Source of the DNA: an uncultured bacterium
Lineage (GTDB): Bacteria > Armatimonadota > HRBIN16
Direction of reading: 5' to 3'
DNA length: 49,780 nucleotides
NCBI GenBank assembly: GCA_937132045.1
Contig: CAKZNX010000162.1
Location: 1 to 49,780, forward strand
Below the pieces are notes generated by a model. That model made no database searches, was not told the origin of the DNA, and saw nothing but the letters and a program-made list of their open reading frames with translations. The first letter of the stretch is position 1, and each line of letters opens with the position of its first letter. The position numbers and the translations under genes were made by a program. Shown in pieces: positions 46,153-49,780 of this stretch.

Positions 46153-47817
46153 GTGTCGGACAGAACGATCCGTCTGGGCATTGTGGGTGCTGGGGGACGC
46201 GGAGCGAGTTTCAAAGCGGTCTGCGACCTCGTGCCAGACGTAACGATCCACGCGGTCTGCGATACCGATTCCCACCGCCTGGACTCGGCAGCAGAACAGC
46301 TGGGCGCACAGGAACGCTATACCGACTTTCGGCAGATGCTGGACAGGTCGGAGATTGACGCTGTGTTTATCGCCACCCCCATGCCTCTGCACGCGCCGCA
46401 GTCCATTGAGGCATTGCGCTCTGGCAGGCACGTGCTGTGTGAAGTGCCCGCTGCCGTCTCGGTGGAGGAGTGTCGGGAACTGGTGCAGGCGGTGCGTGAG
46501 AGCAGCGCCGTGTACATGATGGCGGAAAACTACATCTACGCCAAGCCCATTGTCGTCGTCACCGAGATGGTCCGGCGAGGGCTTTTCGGTACCACCTACT
46601 ACGCCGAGGGCGAATACGTGCATGAGCTGAAAGAGCTGAACGAGCAAACCCCATGGCGCCGACGCTGGCAGACCGGCATCAACGGCAACACCTACCCCAC
46701 TCACAGCCTCGGTCCGATCCTGCAGTGGATGCCCGGCGACCGCGTGGTGGCGGTATCGTGCGCGGGAAGTGGACACCACTATCGCGACCCCCGTGGCGAC
46801 CTGTACGAAAACGAGGACACCACCATCACCCTGTGCAGGATGAAGTCTGGCGGATTGGTGAAACTGCGCCTGGACATGCTATCCGACCGACCCCACGCCA
46901 TGAACGTTTATCAGCTGCAGGGCACTGATGGCTGTTACGAATCGGCGCAGGCGCGCGGTGAGGCAGACCGGGTTTGGGTGCGCTCGCTCTGCCCCGATAT
47001 GAACACCTGGCTAGCCCTGCACGAACTCGAAGAGCAGTTTCTGCCGGAGGACTGGAAGGCGCGCAGCGAGATGGCTCTGCGCACCGGGCATGGTGGCGGC
47101 GATTACCACGTGCTGATGGACTTCCTTCAGGCGATACGTGGTGAAAAGCCGCCCGCAGTGGACGTGCACTTCGCTCTGGACATGACCCTTCCCGGTCTGC
47201 TCAGCCAGATATCCATTGCACAGGGTGGGCGCTGGGTGGAGGTGCCAGACTCGGGAGTGTGGGGTACGGACGCGGAACCCAAGCCGCAGTTGCAGATGCT
47301 CTATCCGCCCGCGCGATTCGCCTCCATTCCCGAGCCAGAGCTGCCGGGCGGTTATTCTCTGCGCCACATCCGCCCGGGTGAAGAGGAGCAGTACCTGGCG
47401 CTGATGCGGTCGGTGGGCTTCGCCGAAAACTGGACGGTAGCCGATGTTCAGCGGTTCATGCGCAACGTGCTGCCCGGAGGCTTCTTTGTGGTGGAACATA
47501 CAGCCACAGGACGTCTTGTTGCCACCGCGATGGCGAACCACTCGCCCAGCGAACAGCACCCCAACGCAGGCGTGCTGGATTGGGTGGCAGCAGACCCCGA
47601 GCATCGCGGTAAAGGACTGGGCAAGGTGGTCGTGTATGCAGTGCTGCGGCTGCTGATACAGCGCGGCTACCAGCGCATCTACCTGCTTACCGACGACTGG
47701 CGCCTGCCCGCAATCGCCACCTATCTGTCGCTTGGCTGGGAACCTTTGATCGATAACGAGGAAATGCGCCTGCGGTGGGATAAGGTATTAAAGGAGTTGA
47801 AACAAGCTGGCAACTAG
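46153..47817 (+). CDS. GH109-like Gfo/Idh/MocA protein fused to a C-terminal GNAT acetyltransferase
   Basis: IVGAGGRG, CEVPA, MAENY, YPTHSLGP, GHGGGD; C-terminal WVAADPEHRGKGLG...PAIATYLSLGW; GAGGAGG RBS before GTG. Confidence 0.85.
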   Translation: MSDRTIRLGIVGAGGRGASFKAVCDLVPDVTIHAVCDTDSHRLDSAAEQLGAQERYTDFRQMLDRSEIDAVFIATPMPLHAPQSIEALRSGRHVLCEVPAAVSVEECRELVQAVRESSAVYMMAENYIYAKPIVVVTEMVRRGLFGTTYYAEGEYVHELKELNEQTPWRRRWQTGINGNTYPTHSLGPILQWMPGDRVVAVSCAGSGHHYRDPRGDLYENEDTTITLCRMKSGGLVKLRLDMLSDRPHAMNVYQLQGTDGCYESAQARGEADRVWVRSLCPDMNTWLALHELEEQFLPEDWKARSEMALRTGHGGGDYHVLMDFLQAIRGEKPPAVDVHFALDMTLPGLLSQISIAQGGRWVEVPDSGVWGTDAEPKPQLQMLYPPARFASIPEPELPGGYSLRHIRPGEEEQYLALMRSVGFAENWTVADVQRFMRNVLPGGFFVVEHTATGRLVATAMANHSPSEQHPNAGVLDWVAADPEHRGKGLGKVVVYAVLRLLIQRGYQRIYLLTDDWRLPAIATYLSLGWEPLIDNEEMRLRWDKVLKELKQAGN

Positions 47818-47831
47818 TACGGGAGGGGTTC

Positions 47832-48902
47832 ATGCGTGAAGAATCATTCCAGTTTCTGCGCCAGATAGTCAATACGCCAAGCCCGTCTGGTTACGAGTGG
47901 AAGGCTCAAGCCATCTTCAGAGATTACGCCGGTCGTTACGCGGATGAGGTTCACACAGATGTACTTGGCAACGCATACGCCGCCATCAACCCTGAAGGTT
48001 ATCCCCGTGTGATGCTGTCCGGGCATGTGGACGAGATCGGGTTCGTGGTGCACTACATCAGCGACGAGGGCTTCATCTTCTTCAGCCCGGTGGGCGGACA
48101 CGACTCCATTGTGCCCGTCGGTCATCGGGTGCGCATCCACACCAAACACGGTCCGGTACTGGGCGTTATCGGGCGCAAGGCAGTACACCTGCTATCGGAT
48201 GAGGAGCGGCGCAAGAAGCCGGAGCTCAGTGACCTGTGGATCGACATCGGCGCTACCAGTAAGGCGGAGGCACAGGAGCAGGTACGACTCGGCGACCCCA
48301 TCACCTACGTAGATGAACTGCAGACACTGCGCAGCGACTTCGTGACCGCCAGAGGCTTTGACAACAAAATGGGTAGTTTCGTGGTGGCAGAGGCATTGCG
48401 ACTGCTGAGCGAGCACCGATCCGAACTGAAGTGCGCCGTGTATGCCGTCTCGACGGTTCAGGAGGAAGTGGGACTGCGTGGTGCGCGAACGGTCGCCTAC
48501 GAGGTAGACCCGCAGGTGGCGATCACTGTGGATGTCGGACACAGCATCGACTATCCGGGCGTGGACAAAAAGAAGCATGGGGAGCAAGTCATCTCGAAGG
48601 GACCCGTCGTGTGCAGAGGGTCGCACATCAACCCGCTGGTGTTCGAGATGCTGGTAAACACCGCGGAAGAGAAGCAGATTCCATACCAGATAGAGGTGGC
48701 AGGAGGAGGCACAGGCACCGACACCGACGTTATCCAGCTTTCACGCTCTGGCGTGGCAACAGGTCTGGTATCGGTACCGATACGCTACATGCACACACCC
48801 TGCGAGATACTGCATCTGGGTGACCTGGAGAACACGGTTCGCCTGCTGGCAGAGTTCACCCTGAAGGTTCATGCAGGTATCAACTGGACACCAACCGGAT
48901 AG
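47832..48902 (+). CDS. M42 family metallopeptidase (TET-like)
   Basis: PSGYE, GHVDEIG, DNK, VQEEVGLRGA, VDVGH, GTDTD, RYMHTP. Confidence 0.93.
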   Translation: MREESFQFLRQIVNTPSPSGYEWKAQAIFRDYAGRYADEVHTDVLGNAYAAINPEGYPRVMLSGHVDEIGFVVHYISDEGFIFFSPVGGHDSIVPVGHRVRIHTKHGPVLGVIGRKAVHLLSDEERRKKPELSDLWIDIGATSKAEAQEQVRLGDPITYVDELQTLRSDFVTARGFDNKMGSFVVAEALRLLSEHRSELKCAVYAVSTVQEEVGLRGARTVAYEVDPQVAITVDVGHSIDYPGVDKKKHGEQVISKGPVVCRGSHINPLVFEMLVNTAEEKQIPYQIEVAGGGTGTDTDVIQLSRSGVATGLVSVPIRYMHTPCEILHLGDLENTVRLLAEFTLKVHAGINWTPTG

Positions 48903-48915
48903 CTGAGGGAGCGCC

Positions 48916-49437
48916 ATGATACCACCCCAAGTGCCAACCCGACGTGGGATGAGTTGCTGGACAATCGGAGTGCTGTCCTGCCTGGGGGCGATTGCGCTGC
49001 TGGTGATTGGCATGGCTGTGCTCTTCATCTACGTCTCGCGCCAGCCGGAGTTCAAACAGGCGATGTCGACAGGTGTGCAGGTAGCCCAGTGCCAGGCGAA
49101 CATGCAGGAAATCTATCAGGCGATTGGACGCTACCGACAGCGCAACAATGACAGCTATCCCCAGAGCCTGAACGAACTGGTGCCGCGCTACCTCGCCGAG
49201 GCGGGGAAATTGAAGTGTCCTGCAGACACCTCGGACGTCCCCACCAGCTACCGATACCTGCGCCCGACGAAGGACAGCCCGGAGACCGCTCCCCTCCTGC
49301 AGTGCGACCACCACAAGGTGATGAATCAGTCTCTGCCGGTCATCCTGCTGAAGAACGGACAGATAATCAGCGGCAGCGCAGGTCGGGCTCCGGGCGGCGC
49401 CCGCGACAGCCAGTTGCCCGTCCCAGGCGCGAGGTGA
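48916..49437 (+). CDS. Membrane-anchored pilin/pseudopilin-like protein lacking a canonical prepilin cleavage site
   Basis: N-terminal TM; CQANMQEIYQAIGRY...YPQSLNELVPRYL..LKCP. Confidence 0.6.
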   Translation: MIPPQVPTRRGMSCWTIGVLSCLGAIALLVIGMAVLFIYVSRQPEFKQAMSTGVQVAQCQANMQEIYQAIGRYRQRNNDSYPQSLNELVPRYLAEAGKLKCPADTSDVPTSYRYLRPTKDSPETAPLLQCDHHKVMNQSLPVILLKNGQIISGSAGRAPGGARDSQLPVPGAR

Positions 49438-49445
49438 TCAGACCG

Positions 49446-49780
49446 ATGACACGTCCGCCACGTTCTGGTGTCCGTCGTTTGATTAACCGCATCACTGCGC
49501 TTTGCGTGATGCTGGCTGTGGCTTCGCTTGGCGTGCTGCTGCCTGCGTGTCGGCGCAGTCCCAGCGAATCGGGCGTGGTTCACCTGCGTGCGTGGACGAT
49601 GTGGGGTGGCGACGAGTCGGAGGCGTTTCAGGTGGTCGTGGACGAGTTCAACCGCACGCATCCGCATATCAAGGTGCACAACCTCGCAGCAGTGGAGGAC
49701 ACCAAGATTATACGTGCCATCGTCGCCAACGACCCCCCGGAGATATTCACCCTGCGCGACCCGGGCTATCTGGGTTCACT
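49446..49780 (+). CDS. ABC transporter extracellular solute-binding lipoprotein (sugar type), truncated by the window edge
   Basis: Manual translation: lipobox LLPAC, WTMWGGDE, VDEFNRTHPHIKV, AIVANDPPEI. Confidence 0.85.
   Translation, partial: MTRPPRSGVRRLINRITALCVMLAVASLGVLLPACRRSPSESGVVHLRAWTMWGGDESEAFQVVVDEFNRTHPHIKVHNLAAVEDTKIIRAIVANDPPEIFTLRDPGYLGS

Noticed and set aside
1..49780. CRISPR arrays, tRNA/rRNA, transposases, prophage or defence genes, PEP-CTERM substrates
   Set aside because: None recognised by eye; no ORF ends in a VPEP-TM-basic tail; tRNAscan and Rfam were not run

Overview
GC-rich bacterial chromosomal segment, densely coding (about 38 CDS). I see no rRNA, tRNA, CRISPR array or transposase. 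The gene content (prepilin-type/H-X9-DG protein, SLH domains together with outer-membrane components, exosortase, bacterial Trm1, many glycan-active enzymes) suggests Armatimonadota, possibly thermophilic; this is inference. Main blocks: (1) a four-gene envelope operon built from CsgG/FlgO-like, SLH, FlgT-N-like and LPP20/FlgP-like domains (1054-5438), the best candidate for an undescribed system; (2) GH10, a prepilin-type gene with a divergent Fur-box promoter, and a GH42-like protein with a long Arg-cluster disordered N-terminus; (3) HAD phosphatase and split transketolase; (4) an S8 protease followed by a Wza/Wzc/priming transferase/polyprenyl-P phosphoribosyltransferase/GtrA/exosortase/EpsI locus; (5) tricorn-like protease, Fur/PerR, HemW, Trm1, a second S8, LolA-like, GT4, FolE2; (6) a CBM-GH5-like/heparinase-like/membrane protein cluster, a GH109-like-GNAT fusion, an M42 peptidase and an ABC solute-binding protein. 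Two diverged copies of a ~175-bp MITE-like element are present. All family calls come from motif recognition by eye, not from database searches.
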